Source: Dudresnaya verticillata
Lineage: Eukaryota
NCBI GenBank assembly: GCA_977862235.1
Contig: OZ374559.1
Location: 1,612,001-1,676,000 of the forward strand
Length of the DNA stretch: 64,000 nt
Reading direction: 5' to 3'
In this document: piece after piece, positions 24,617 through 37,519 of the stretch
How the letters are laid out: each line of letters starts with the position of its first letter
Numbering within the stretch: the first letter of the stretch is position 1
The notes under the pieces: model-generated
Database searches by the model: none
Told to the model about the DNA's origin: nothing
Seen by the model: only the letters and a program-made list of their open reading frames with translations
Position numbers and translations under genes: made by a program

Positions 24617-26119
24617 TAGATGGCAGAACAATTGTACAGTACTATGTTATGAACATAATGAAAAAGTGTGTCGGCTTCTATTTTGAAATCAGCACAGTGC
24701 CCCTGCGTTATTTAATATCAGCTCTAACGAGTGTTTGCTTCTCACAGGCCTGAGATGTCTACGTAGGGACCCTTTTCGGAATCTCGTATGAAGGTTAATT
24801 ATGTAATCAGGCCGCATTGCTGCCCTAAATACCACCTCATTATTCGTGGATCGGTACAACTTCACTGCGTCGCACCCTGTGCGTCCCATTTGCAAAGATC
24901 ATTGAGGTCAATGATTCCTAAACGCGAAAACCAGCGTAACAAAATCCTGCACTCACGAGCACATTTCAAGGATTTGGAGTATGGTAGATCCCACTCCATG
25001 TGCAACGTTATTGCTCATCCAACGAATATTCTGTTTTGCAAGTGTTGGAATAGATATTCCGAAAACCAATAAAGCTTTGCTTTGCTTTGAGGAATGAGGT
25101 GATGTTGTACTTTTATTGAGTCTGTAACGTACATATTTTCGCAGCGACTTATATATAGTAGTTATAAAGCCAAGATTTCAGACTAGGAAGTCTTTGTCAC
25201 TCCATGATAGTATGAATTGAGATTGACCCAATCTTTGTTCTTCTTGCGATACGCACTTATGGCGTGACACAGTATTTGTAGATTGCTTGCTATGGACAGC
25301 AACACGATTTCTATATTATTCTGACTACATAGTGACCGGTGTGCTTGCCCATGGGCTATCGTCGCCCGCACAAGACCACCCTAAACAACCATTAAAGTCC
25401 AAAACACATTAACAGTAATCAGGTTTACTGGTGTACGAAGTCGAGCTTGTCGAAGGTAAGCAGCTAGCGTGCAGTTGTCTGTAGATCGTTGTACAGGTTA
25501 GTGTGCCTCTTCTCTTCCGAGCCTCACCCACCGATTAGGTAGCTGTTAAATACTATTTTCGCTACCTACTAGAGTCGAAGCAATCTACGCAGCTAGGTGT
25601 ATTCTACAGTTGGAATGAGCATAGAATATCCACGCGATGGCGATATCATGTCGATAAAGGTCCCACAAATGACAGCCGGGCTACAGCTGCATGTACATCC
25701 ACAAACTTCCAGTAAGTATGCGAATCTATGTGGAACCTCTGACACGATAATACTCTTTCATACACATAGTACATCGATCCTTCTCCTCCTCTGGAGGAAA
25801 ATTAATGGCCAAGCCTTCTATATACATTAGATGTTTTCATTCGATGTATTGTTGTATCGGATTACGAGCTTTCTTTACAGAGTTCCCATGTGAGAAACAT
25901 TGGCAGTGATGGTCTTACAAGAGAATATCTTCGGATTTGGTACGAATATTTTCAAAGAGTTGGAAGACAACTGCAGATATCCTCCTTGCTTTTGAAGGGC
26001 AAAGTAGATCGTTGCCTTCGAGAAGTGTAATAGGGGTACAGAGAGCTGCGCAGTTCATTTCAATGCAAATTGGAATGAGTGGATGACACCAGTCTAGCTG
26101 CAAAACGGCTACTGTCAGG

Positions 26120-26415
26120 AACTAAAGAAGAAGTAGATCTTTGTGGAATGAGATCAAACCCCCACGAAGGGAAAGTTATGCACAAGGTGAATGCAACCAA
26201 GGAGGGGGAGAAAGGAGCCGAAACTTATACTCAGAGCTACGCGGTAAAACAGCTAGAGAGTCGAAGGCCGCTTTCAGAGTATGGTTTTCCACGGCCAGAG
26301 AAGTGCCTTTTTTGGCAGCGAAGAAATTAGCAATGCGTTGAACACCAAGCTCAAACCCAAGCCCCACACGACCGTAGATATCAATAAAAAAAGGATGAGG
26401 CTGCATATCTAAAAT
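26120..26415 (-). mobile_element. 5'-truncated CRE-like retrotransposon fragment E (boundaries approximate)
   Basis: HPFFIDIYGRVGLGFELGVQRIANF matches HPMVVDVYGRVGSGFEIGAQRIANF of element A. Confidence 0.75.
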
Positions 26416-27786
26416 TCTAACAACGTGTCGATGGTGCTGCTGTTTCTGGTGCATACGAACCATAATAGATTGACCAGTGATACGACCATTGTGAGATGTT
26501 GTAGAGCGATAACGTTAACAATGGTAGCGGTAGCAGTCCACAATATCTTGTAGAGAAACCTTTAGTAGAACATTTGGACGAATTATATCTAGGTAGAACT
26601 GTGTCTTTTGAACTATCAAGCTAGCAAGGAAGTGCTTCTTCTTATATTAATTCTGATGGGGTTATCACTTGAGCTTTGTTTGCAAGTAACACTGAACCGG
26701 TCTGCGTGTGGTGCTAAACAACTCACATAAATAAATACTGTAATCTGCGTTGAACTTAGATTAGATATCGATATAAATACAATCATATTGCAATACAACA
26801 ATAGTATTCAGTGGACCCTATTAATTTTATTATTACATGCTTGACACAACTCCAACGGTATGAAACCGAGGCAGAGAGATGCCGTGGGAGTCAACTAGAG
26901 CAGAATCCCTGTGAAGAAACCCTGCTGTTATTGTTGTCAATGACAAGATTCTGAAGAGAGGAAAAGAAATGCTATTCAATGTTTGTGACTGAACATTTGT
27001 CTACTCACGGAGACTAGTATTTTGTTGCTCTGTCAAGCAGGACGTAATAATCTGAAGTATACCGCGGGGACAGCGTCTATCTGCTCTGCTTTTCTCCATA
27101 TGAATATGGATATTCTGAGATCCACGTAGACAAGACCTCGTGAGATTTCTATTATTACAACAATGTTTACCCGCGGCCGTGTGCAAGTTAATGGATGAAA
27201 CAATATTGTACTCTGGTGAACGTGTTGGAAATAGTGTATGTGCCAGATAGAGGCTGGTGACGTGGTAAGTAGGGGCATATCCTCGAGGCAGGTTCCCATT
27301 AAGTTGTCAAACAGTTTTACCTAGTGGGGAGCTGAGCTGAACAAGCGAAACCAATTGAAAATATTCTTCTCAGTTACGAAAGACATCATAACCTTAAGAA
27401 TGAATAGGGTTCAACAACACTGAATCCTATCAGTTGCGAAAATCCAATCTACGGTTTAGCAACAACGCTGAATGTATACGATTCTATTCGCACTGTAGCG
27501 GTTGTCAGTAACCATAGATCAGCTTTCTAAGTGACGATACAGGTCAGCTTCCATCCACTCATACGAAATGGAATCCCAGCTATACGACCCAAGAAATAGC
27601 AATATTACTATTGCAGAGTTGGTAAGTTCTGGTAGCAAGCAAAGTGGAGCACATGCTTATGCACCTGAAATGTATGAGTCCTTAAGACGTCAGTTTGTCC
27701 ACTGCTTACTCGAATGCGAATGGGGAAGTTTCCCAGTCGTACACTATTTTGCAATCAATCGAGCAGACAAAGGAAAGTTCAAGCGG

Positions 27787-27793
27787 TATATAA
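27787..27793 (+). promoter_or_regulatory. Putative TATA box of copy 3
   Basis: TATATAA 114 bp upstream of the ATG. Confidence 0.6.
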
Positions 27794-27900
27794 GTGCGCC
27801 ATTGGCTTCACTTCACTACGTTTCTGAAAACGCAACTCAATCGTCCGAAGAGCAAAAGAAGTCGACCTCAGCCGAACATAAACCAATACTTTCTCCAACT

Positions 27901-28431
27901 ATGAAGTCCTGCAAAGCCGTTCTCGTCCTCTCCGTAGCAGTTCTGTTATTTGCCAGTGCAGCTCACTGCGAAAAAGTTGAGATCAAGGAAGATGACGCTC
28001 TGGAGGCCGGTGTTGAGCTCAAGGGAGATGTAAAGGCAAGCAAGGCGACGGACACAGTTCTGGACCATGACTCCAAGATGGCCAAACTCGACACATCTGA
28101 GAAGGTTCCAGGCAGTCCCTACAGAGGTGCCTTCATCCTATGCGAGGGTAGAACTCCAGTTTCCTACCTCACGACTATCAGGACTCGCTCCATGGAGCTC
28201 CTTGCGGGCTACCGGGGCTCGTGCAGCTACAAGACTGTGGCCGGGGATGGACAGTTTAACCATGCTGCTCTGTGGAAGGGATCCTTCACTGGAATGGACT
28301 TCTACTACGAGCGCCTTATCAACTGCGGCACTGGACAGGCTTGCGTGTACCGCCGTACTGCTAGCTCTACTGTTCCGATCTACTGCTGTTCCAGGTATTA
28401 TGAGGCACACGTTGTGACTTTTGGCATCTAA
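27901..28431 (+). CDS. Secreted Cys-rich prepro-protein, copy 3 (short type, 176 aa)
   Basis: ATG at 27901 (MKSCKAVLVLSV) aligns with the starts of the other copies; TATATAA at 27787. Confidence 0.88.
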   Translation: MKSCKAVLVLSVAVLLFASAAHCEKVEIKEDDALEAGVELKGDVKASKATDTVLDHDSKMAKLDTSEKVPGSPYRGAFILCEGRTPVSYLTTIRTRSMELLAGYRGSCSYKTVAGDGQFNHAALWKGSFTGMDFYYERLINCGTGQACVYRRTASSTVPIYCCSRYYEAHVVTFGI

Positions 28432-29092
28432 GCACTTCATTCATCAGAAGCTGCCTGACGTCTCTTTCTGGACGAACAGGGTAAACTATTTAGCTCTGAC
28501 TGGGGATTGCTTCTAGAGCTCCTTCTTGTTCTTGATGTGTAAGTCCTGTTAGTAACTATTAGTAAAGTTGGGACATCACGTTAGCCCTGATTGTCTTGGC
28601 GCCCAGATTGCGGCAAATTCATGAGAGATTAGTCAGGCCCAATAGCTCCTGATGTGCAGAAGAAGCGTACCCCAAAGAAAGCCGAGAAGACTTAACGAAA
28701 CAATGCAACGCTGGCTTCCTCCAATCGGAGAGAGAAACCGTTATAAGCTACTAAACAGGAGCCCCAAGTAAGCAAATAAGAAGGTGCGAAAAGCTTACAT
28801 GAAGTTCTACGATTATTCAGCAGCAGTCGGCATAATGCAGTAGCAGTGAGTGACTAGTATCGGAGGACACAGAAGACAAGACGGGGATAGAGTGCAGGGA
28901 GGATGGATTGTCATGGACGGAAGGTGTACAATTACTGCAGTGAAGTTGAAGATGCGGCCATTAGCCATGATGCAACACCGGCAGGAATGCGGCGGTAAAC
29001 TATTATAGTTCGTTTAGATCCATAAATAGTAGACTCTGTTACTGCACTCCGCTCTGCTTTACCTGGCTGCCAGACTTGGATTTCGGAAAAGG

Positions 29093-31136
29093 AGAGAGAG
29101 AGGAGAGGAGACCTCTATTAAATAACAAGAGAGAAGCCCCTTAAGGGGGCTTAGGATTCAGAGCTACCATAAAGAGGCAGAGAAGCAAGCTTGCGGCGGT
29201 TGACACTCACCGCGACGCATTGGAGAACTAAAGAGAGTAAACGAGTAGTGAGGCGAAGTTTCTCCGTAGACGGAGAGGTCCCGCGCTTGCTGGCAATGAA
29301 ATTAGCAATACGTTGGGCGCCGATTTCAAAGCCAGATCCAACACGGCCATAGACATCTACAACCATAGGATGGAGAACCATATCCAAACTAGCGCATACG
29401 CGGCGGTAATGAGAGCGTTTGACACGCTGGCGAGCTGCAATGGCTTGGCCAGCAACGCGACGAGTGGAACCATGAGTAGAATGGGGACTGACGACCGAGA
29501 CATCAAATCCATGGGGGTGAGGGGCAAAGCCACAACCATCAACGAAAATATCCATACGCAGTTGGTCACGTGGATCAACAGGCTGTGGGGGACCACCAGA
29601 AGCAGCATGACGCTCGTCACGTATGCGTTCAGCACGTGTTCGGGCAGCGTTGGGGACAGAGCTACGGGGCCCATGCTCATCCGAATAAGTGAAACGATGT
29701 TCAACTTCAACGCGCATGCCATGGGGGCACAGTCTGAAATAAGGCGCTTAAGCGATCCCGAAGATGATCATGACGGCGTATCGTGCCCTCACGAGAAGAG
29801 CAGACTGTAGCATGATGCCCATAAATATCAAGAAGAGGGGGAACAGAAGCGGTACCATCAACACAACGGGGGCATGGGTCATCTCCACTGAAGATGGGAA
29901 GTCCAAGTCGTAGCTGGATCATCGATATCCAAACTTCAGGTTCGACTCGAGTACCGTGGAAGGAGGAAAGTACAGCGGCAAATGCGCGCGCAGAACTGGC
30001 CGTGCAGGTAGATTGCAGACGAAGACGACAGCGAAGATCATCACTAGAGTTGGATGAAGGGGTCACAGAGGCCAAAACCACGGCATTAATAGAAGAAAAA
30101 AGCTCATGATGCACAGACCCGGGAGACCTTGAGTCATGAGGAGTAGTATGGAAAGAATTCAAGAACGTTGTTACATCATTAAGTCGGGCTTGACAATTGT
30201 GGCCAACAGAAGAGCGGAGACGGCCTAGGGAAGGCCCAAGGGTCTTGTCAGCAGGGAAGGGAAAAGGACCAAGAACTGTCCGGATGGTAGACATGCTTGA
30301 ACCGAGAGACGCTAGATAGCTGAGATCCACCACAGCAGAAGCTCTAGTCAGTCCTAGGCCACCAGACCGCAGCGGTAGAGAACTGAGCTTCCAAATCGAA
30401 TCGTTTAAGAGACAATGAGTTTCTTCAAACACCGGTCGCATTCCAAGTTCGTGGGACACGGCAATGGAAGAGGTTAAGTGCGGAGGGGTAGTTCGAAGCA
30501 GGTAGGATAGTTTTGATACACCAGCACAGAAGCGTAGAAGGTGAAACACAAGTTGAGGGTCACCCAGAGAAAGTAAACGATCCCAGAGTAGAGCCACGGA
30601 CTGTAGTTTCTTTGTCAAGATAGCCTTACAGAAATTGTCAGCCCCAATAGGGGACCCTAGAACCTCAATGGCAGCATTTCGGTTAACATCGCATGGTAAA
30701 TTACGAAGAGGAGAAGAGCATAGGCGAGGTAGAAGAGGCCACCAGGCGTCAGACTTATGCGAACCAAGCTGCACATGAAAACCATAAGAAGCACCTCGAT
30801 CGCAGAGAAAATGTGGGACTTCTGCAGCAGACGAAATGGGAAGCACGATATACAAATCGTCGGCATAAGCCGTAATAAGCTTAACGCTGCGAAATCTGGA
30901 GGCAACGGCACAAAGAAGTGGTTGTAGAGCAATACAAAAAAGAAGCATGCTCAAACGGTCACCCTGCTGGGTACCTGTATGGCTAAACAGGGTGAACTCT
31001 CCGAACAGAAGTCTAGGTGATGCAGTATAGAGGTAATGAACCATCTTAGAGATTCCTGGGACATGCGAAACAACTTCCCGTGAGAAATGAGCTCGCTCAA
31101 TGCTATTAAAGGCATTCTTAGCATCGATGCGGAGCA
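29093..31136 (-). mobile_element. 5'-truncated non-LTR retrotransposon A, CRE/R2-type (RT + Zn knuckle + RLE)
   Basis: RT motifs IDAKNAFN, GTQQG, YADD; CPRC..H..C; RRHD; RMD..FDVSV..K; 9-bp TSD CGGAAAAGG at 29084-29092 and 31137-31145; CT-rich tail; frameshift near 29710. Confidence 0.92.
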
Positions 31137-31169
31137 CGGAAAAGGCGTGGTATGGTCAGTGGAGAAGAG

Positions 31170-31330
31170 ATGGAGACCTTTATGCATAGGAAAGAATACA
31201 GCCCCGTAAGGGCGCTTAACTAAAACTCATCTGAGAGGCGACGGTGGAAGAGTGAACGGCGGTTAACAGGCACGGCGACAGATTGAAGTACAAGAGAGGT
31301 GAGGTGGGTGAGAAGAGGTGGTTTCTCAGC
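31170..31330 (-). mobile_element. 3' remnant of CRE-like element B (paralog of 40544 onward)
   Basis: Matches 40544-40670 including the flank. Confidence 0.75.
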
Positions 31331-31477
31331 TAGTTAGCTGTAGACCAACAAGCACAGGCTCCCTCAATTTGATTCACCATAATACTCCTGAGGCTTACTG
31401 GGCGCTCTGCATTAGGAGTCCTTTAAGAATTGTTTGTCAAAGCTTGTGGTAGACAGCAGATGGATTATTCGCAAATA

Positions 31478-31492
31478 CCCCCCCCCCCCCCC
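31478..31492 (+). repeat. C15 homopolymer
   Basis: Directly visible. Confidence 0.9.
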
Positions 31493-33626
31493 ATTGGGCC
31501 GGGACCATGCGAGATTACCCAATCCTTATCGCCGTGCGGCCGGCGCGATTTTATCTCCTTTCGGTTTCAGTGCCATGGATTTCTTATCCCTTGGAGAAAA
31601 AGCCGCTAGCCTTGGAGCCGGAGTGCTGAGTCAATTTCTTGTGCTTTGATGGGCTACGAAACGGCGAGAACGCTATTTTCCGAAAGGCTACTGAAAGCTT
31701 TTATGAAGCTTGCAGACCTTGGCGAACGGTAGATAAGGTGACAGAAGGGTAGTAGATCCCTTTGGAATTTTTGAATGCGAGGCGGGCCTGAGGAAACAAA
31801 GGTACTTGGTCCTGGTCTGTCGCTGTTCTGTTCAGATGCATTTTTTCTTCGATGAAACATAATAATTAGAGCATAGCGCTCTACAGTCTACTTCAAAATC
31901 CATGAAGCCGTTGTCCTTCTCCACAACTCTGTCCCTCTTCTCACTCTGGCAATCCAATGTAGAAGAATAATCACCTTAATCGCCATTGTTTGCTTTTCCA
32001 CCGTCCTAAGGGCGCTTCAATCTCTTGGATGCCAGCCTTTAGTCACGACTCAACCTCCCAGACTAAGCCGGACCGTGCTGATGTTAAGCGTCCGGATTCC
32101 AACGAGATGGGCTCACTCCTCGCTGTATCTGCACGGCAAAATGTAATTGCGCCCGGAGGAAGTACAAAGCGCTCCCGTACCGAAGCGATGCGCATCTGAA
32201 TATTTGAAAGGCGGCGGCAGAACATTCAAATTAGGGCGCCCAAGAGAGCGATTTAGAAGCTCATAAATTTTTACCATCACATAAATAGAATAACAAAGCC
32301 GAAAAGCTCTCCCGCTCAGTTCATCCAATCTACACAAACACACGCACACACACACACATTCCTAACCGTAAGTAACTCTGCTTATATGTGACAGGGCTGA
32401 ACACGCCAATATCCAGGTGATGAAGAGGACGTCCAACAGAAGGCCAAGATCGAGGCAGAACATGGGCAAGAACGAATCGAGTCAGACTGGTGGTCAGTCC
32501 TCCTGCTCATCCTCCGTCCATCGAAATGTACAGAACATGGTGCTTCACCTCCGCAATATGTTCACTAAGAATGTTGTTCTGCGCAATGTTCAGGAAATCG
32601 TTATCGGCTCGTCGAGTATGTCGAAGGGAAGGGCATCCACCAACTCAACCTTCAAGCCTGGTCAGCATCGTTCTACTGTCGGAAAAGGACAATTGTACCA
32701 GTACTCCACCAAAGGCTCTTCAAATAGGATGAAAGAGAACGCGGGGCAGTCTCTTGACCGGAACGGAAAGGAAACAAGGCACAAATCTTCGGAAAGCCAG
32801 TCTAATATGACTGCAGGAATTAAGAGGCATGTCGGTGGTAAGAAGAAGCGTACGCTCAAAGAGGGGAATAAACGAGAGCCCCCTAAGGGTTGTTGTTGTT
32901 GCCGTGAAGAGGGTTCATTGTCACGTACGGCGGGAAGAAGGAAATGTACGAACCATCATTCGAGTCCATCCATGACAATAATGAAGAATGAGTGCAAGGA
33001 ATGTTCATCTAATGTCAAGAATCCCTTGTACGGTTCACCTTCAGAATTCAGGAAAATGGTCACCAAGCGCCTTGTGGGTTCTGCTGAGGCTCCAATTGAT
33101 GGAAGATACAGGAGTAAGCTTGGTCATACCATCTTCATTGAGAACATCAACATTGTGATTGGATCTGAGCGGCATTAGGTGAAGGCCGATGATAGTGCCA
33201 TACATTCTATGTGTGGATATTTCCATATATATATGTATAGCACTCCGTTCTCAATGATCCGATGAATCCAATTCTCTCACTCTCAGCCTCATCCGCTCTA
33301 TTCTCCGCTACAGTCAATCAATGCAAATTGTTCCAGATTAATCGTAGAACTTCATGTACGCCATTTGGAGGAGATTAGTGTTCTTTAGTCCCGATCTTCT
33401 CGACTTTTATCCGGTCTATACTTTACCGACTCTGTCGGGGCTACTGGTACTTCCTTCTTTCTCGCCACTTTATCGCAATCAAGATAGATAGCCATGACCG
33501 TTAGGTCTAACGTGATATTGCGACTTTATTATTCATCTATCAAGAACAAGAAGGAAGCTCTAGAAGCTTTCCCCCGTCAGAGATAACTAGTTTACCATGT
33601 TTGTCCAGAAAAGGCGTCAGAGGTGC

Positions 33627-34226
33627 TTAGATGCCAAAGGTCACGACATGTGCTTCATAAAACCTAGAACAACAGTAGATCGGAACAGTAGAGCTAGCAG
33701 TACGGCGGTACACGCAAGCCTGTCCAGTGCCGCAGTTGATAAGGCGCTCGTAGTAGAAGTCCATTCCAGTGAAGGATCCCTTCCACAGAGCAGCGTGGTT
33801 AAACTGTCCATCCCCGGCCACAGTCTTGTAGCTGCACGAGCCCCGGTAGCCCGCAAGGAGCTCCATGGAGCGAGTCCTGATAGTCGTGAGGTAGGAAACT
33901 GGAGTTCTACCCTCGCATAGGATGAAGGCACCTCTGTAGGGACTACCTGGAACCTTCTCAGAGGTGTCGAGTTTGGCCATCTTGGAGTCATGGTCCAGAA
34001 CGGTGTCCGTCGCCTTGCTTGCCTTTACATCTCCCTTGAGCTCTACACCGGCCTCCAGAGCATTACCGGTATCTAGTTCGATGTCTCTCTTACTTTCGTC
34101 GATGACTGTGTCAGCTTCGGCATTGTTCTTGACATCTTCTTTCATCTCAACCTTTGCACAATGAGCCAGACTGGCGAACAGCAAAACAGTTGCAGAGAGA
34201 ATAAGAATGGTTTTGAAGGACTTCAT
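33627..34226 (-). CDS. Secreted Cys-rich prepro-protein, copy 4 (long type, 199 aa)
   Basis: Intact ORF; protein identical to copy 5. Confidence 0.9.
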   Translation of the reverse strand: MKSFKTILILSATVLLFASLAHCAKVEMKEDVKNNAEADTVIDESKRDIELDTGNALEAGVELKGDVKASKATDTVLDHDSKMAKLDTSEKVPGSPYRGAFILCEGRTPVSYLTTIRTRSMELLAGYRGSCSYKTVAGDGQFNHAALWKGSFTGMDFYYERLINCGTGQACVYRRTASSTVPIYCCSRFYEAHVVTFGI

Positions 34227-34325
34227 ATTTGATGTAGCTGAATGGGTTTGTGAAGAGAGTGAGCTGGACTGTATGGTTTCCTGTGGGGTTTATCGAAGAA
34301 ACTAGTTAGGCTGAATGAACCGTTC

Positions 34326-34332
34326 TTATATA
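34326..34332 (-). promoter_or_regulatory. Putative TATA box of copy 4
   Basis: TATATAA about 100 bp upstream of the ATG. Confidence 0.6.
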
Positions 34333-35012
34333 GCGCCTTTAGTTGGGCTGCGCTGATCTGCAAAGTATGTTGTTGCGGATAGCTATGGTGCTGTGCCGAA
34401 AGCTGCAGAGCGGCTTTCTGGATCAGAGGAGAAAATAGAATCCGCAAATGGTGTAATGGGTACTTTTTGCTCTACCAGAAACAAAGACACTGCTTGCCGC
34501 ATTGTTGTACAGTATCATTCCACAATGCGTGACTTAGCTTCTTTACCATACATCTATCCAATGTTATTAAAGGTCTAGTACCAATACATGAAACAAATTC
34601 ATGGTGCTGCATTGAAAACTCAAACTATCCATGAAATAGTATGTTTCTGCAATATGTTGCAGTGAGTGTTATCCACGGCAAACTTTCTGCAGTGCAAAGT
34701 GCTTTTCCAACTCCCCCTGTGGCGTTTACTCATTTAGAATGTTCGTAAATATCTTGCCCCATAATGTATTGCTAATTATGGTCTTTTCCCCGTAAATGTT
34801 CAAAACGCGAGCTTCTTGAAACTTGGTGCGCTCTCTTCTGTGATTGCGTTCCTTGCTTGCACTTTAGGTGTTTTTATCCAGCAATCAATGTTTTTTCTTT
34901 ACAATATGTGTTGTCGATCTCCATTTGTAGTAAGTATGCATTCTGTCTTTACCAGATGAGACACGAGCTGGATTTGGTTATATCAGCTGGAGGGCGCTTT
35001 ACGTATCACCCT

Positions 35013-36850
35013 ATACACTAGAGCTCTGCGGTTAGATTGTTAGGCTTATGACAAAATGGTAAAGAGGAAAAGTCCTGAAGCGTTGGAACAACTGCACCAA
35101 GCATCTGCAGCAAATATCTCGAGTACTGCCATTTCAAGCCGCACTGCTGCATATGATCTATATTGGTGTACAACAGGGAGATGAGAGATAATCGCCAGCT
35201 ACAAAAGTGTACAGCCTTACGCACAACGCGGCATGAACCAGCAAGTTGTCTTCTTAGCACAGGGAGCGCGGAAATAAAAACAGGAGAGGCCTTGTAGGGT
35301 TTTCATGCGCAGCTGGAATTGTGTTATAATCCGTTGAGAAGAGTGAGTGCTTCACATTTACCATGTGCAGCTCTGCGCCGAGGCGAGGCGCAGCCTGTGG
35401 TGCGGCCTTGTATGCAGAAAATTGAAGCATTCTCGTCTGAAGCGCCGGCTTCATCTGCCAGTACGGAGAACGTCTATGGTGAGTTCCATTCGGATGTATT
35501 TTCACTTGCCTTGTCTAAACCTCACGGGAAGTCCGTAGGTTCGACATTAATGCCCACAGTAATCGCAAAGAGTTGGCAAAGCAATAGACGAAAATGATTT
35601 GTTACTCGCAAAATTATCCATTCCATGCGTAAAGTGCAGTCCTCTTTGTTACTCGTTTTGTTTAATAACCAATCGTCGCAAGCTAGTGTAGCTGCTCCGT
35701 CTCTGTATGCTAGCTCTGGTTCCTAAGCCGCGTCAAGGGGCTTCTCTCTTGCCCTTCAATAAAGGTCCCTCTCTCTTTAATAGAGCAGAAGCATTGTCAT
35801 GCGCTCCCCTTCCTCGAGCAACTTCTAAAGCAGTAAATGTCCTACTGCCTCTTCTATGTACAATGGATCGAGATAGATTGAGCATTGTTGTATTACAACA
35901 ATACATTGCTGAGCGCTTTACGGAACAAGAAATACACTAGAGCTCTGCGGTTAGATTGTTAGGCTTATGACAAAATGGTAAAGAGGAAAAGTCCTGAAGC
36001 GTTGGAACAACTGCACCAAGCATCTGCAGCAAATATCTCGAGTACTGCCATTTCAAGCCGCACTGCTGCATATGATCTATATTGGTGTACAACAGGGAGA
36101 TGAGAGATAATCGCCAGCTACAAAAGTGTACAGCCTTACGCACAACGCGGCATGAACCAGCAAGTTGTCTTCTTAGCACAGGGAGCGCGGAAATAAAAAC
36201 AGGAGAGGCCTTGTAGGGTTTTCATGCGCAGCTGGAATTGTGTTATAATCCGTTGAGAAGAGTGAGTGCTTCACATTTACCATGTGCAGCTCTGCGCCGA
36301 GGCGAGGCGCAGCCTGTGGTGCGGCCTTGTATGCAGAAAATTGAAGCATTCTCGTCTGAAGCGCCGGCTTCATCTGCCAGTACGGAGAACGTCTATGGTG
36401 AGTTCCATTCGGATGTATTTTCACTTGCCTTGTCTAAACCTCACGGGAAGTCCGTAGGTTCGACATTAATGCCCACAGTAATCGCAAAGAGTTGGCAAAG
36501 CAATAGACGAAAATGATTTGTTACTCGCAAAATTATCCATTCCATGCGTAAAGTGCAGTCCTCTTTGTTACTCGTTTTGTTTAATAACCAATCGTCGCAA
36601 GCTAGTGTAGCTGCTCCGTCTCTGTATGCTAGCTCTGGTTCCTAAGCCGCGTCAAGGGGCTTCTCTCTTGCCCTTCAATAAAGGTCCCTCTCTCTTTAAT
36701 AGAGCAGAAGCATTGTCATGCGCTCCCCTTCCTCGAGCAACTTCTAAAGCAGTAAATGTCCTACTGCCTCTTCTATGTACAATGGATCGAGATAGATTGA
36801 GCATTGTTGTATTACAACAATACATTGCTGAGCGCTTTACGGAACAAGAA
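35013..36850. repeat. Tandem duplication, 2 x 919 bp
   Basis: ORF track repeats at offset 919; ATA microhomology at the junction. Confidence 0.95.
35668..35775 (+). mobile_element. 108-bp 5'-truncated CRE-like insertion D (copies at 36587-36694 + and 37710-37817 -)
   Basis: Resembles the NRRKL..LY.SS C-terminus of element A, followed by the stop hairpin and CT tail; TSD TTTAATA; empty site near 2245 (-). Confidence 0.8.
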
Positions 36851-37519
36851 ATAAAGCCAAAACCGCATGCGCGGAATACGTGGGTTATCGGGTGCTGTGT
36901 CTGTGCGCTACAACAAGTGTTGAGATAATTGGAACAAGAATTCGAATATCTCTTTATTCATAATTGGGAAGACGAGCGGCACGACCTTTCTTTTCAAAGA
37001 GATGCTTGCTTGCTTGGTTTTAGGAATATCTATTCCAACACTTGCGAAACAGAATATTCATTGGATGAGCAATAACGTTGCACATGGAGTGGGATCTACC
37101 ATATTCCAAATCCTTGACATGTGCTCGTGAGTGCAGGATTTTGTTACGCTTGTTTTCGCGTTTAGGAATCATTGACCTCAATGATCTTTGCAAATGGGAC
37201 GCACAGGGCGCGACGCAGTGAAGTTGTACCGATCCACGAATAATGAGGTGGTATTTAGGGCAGCAATGTCGGCCTGATTACATAATTAACCTTCATACGA
37301 GATTCCGAAAAGGGTCCCTACGTAGACATCTCAGGCCTGTGAGAAGCAAAGGCTCGTTAGAGCTGATATTAAATAACGCAGGGGCACTGTGCTGATTTCA
37401 AAATAGAAGCCGATAAACGTTTTCATTATGTTCATAACATAGTACAATTGTTCTGTCATCTATCATAAGATGTAGCTATTGAAGTTTAGTGCAGGGAGGT
37501 GCCCTTCTACGACGTTCAT

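Larger units (their letters stand above)
33675..36884. repeat. Palindrome 2, left arm (contains the 919-bp tandem duplication)
   Basis: Mirrors 37520-39810 with sums 73485 (outer) and 74404 (inner). Confidence 0.95.

Noticed and set aside
27568..27900. 111-aa N-terminal extension of copy 3 (287-aa ORF)
   Set aside because: It spans the TATA box, would bury the signal peptide, and is not open in the homologous region of copy 6.
28560..29080. Gene 3' flank as an ancient decayed CRE element (SAHQELLGLTN resembles SVHHELFSSIN)
   Set aside because: Similarity too weak to support without a profile search.
31330..32400. Unique segment with poly-C and CA repeat as a possible MITE
   Set aside because: No TIRs, TSD or ORF found.
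32417..33178. 253-aa plus-strand ORF
   Set aside because: No motifs, crosses a junction between unrelated segments, and the paralog at 42606-42813 is fused to a different sequence.
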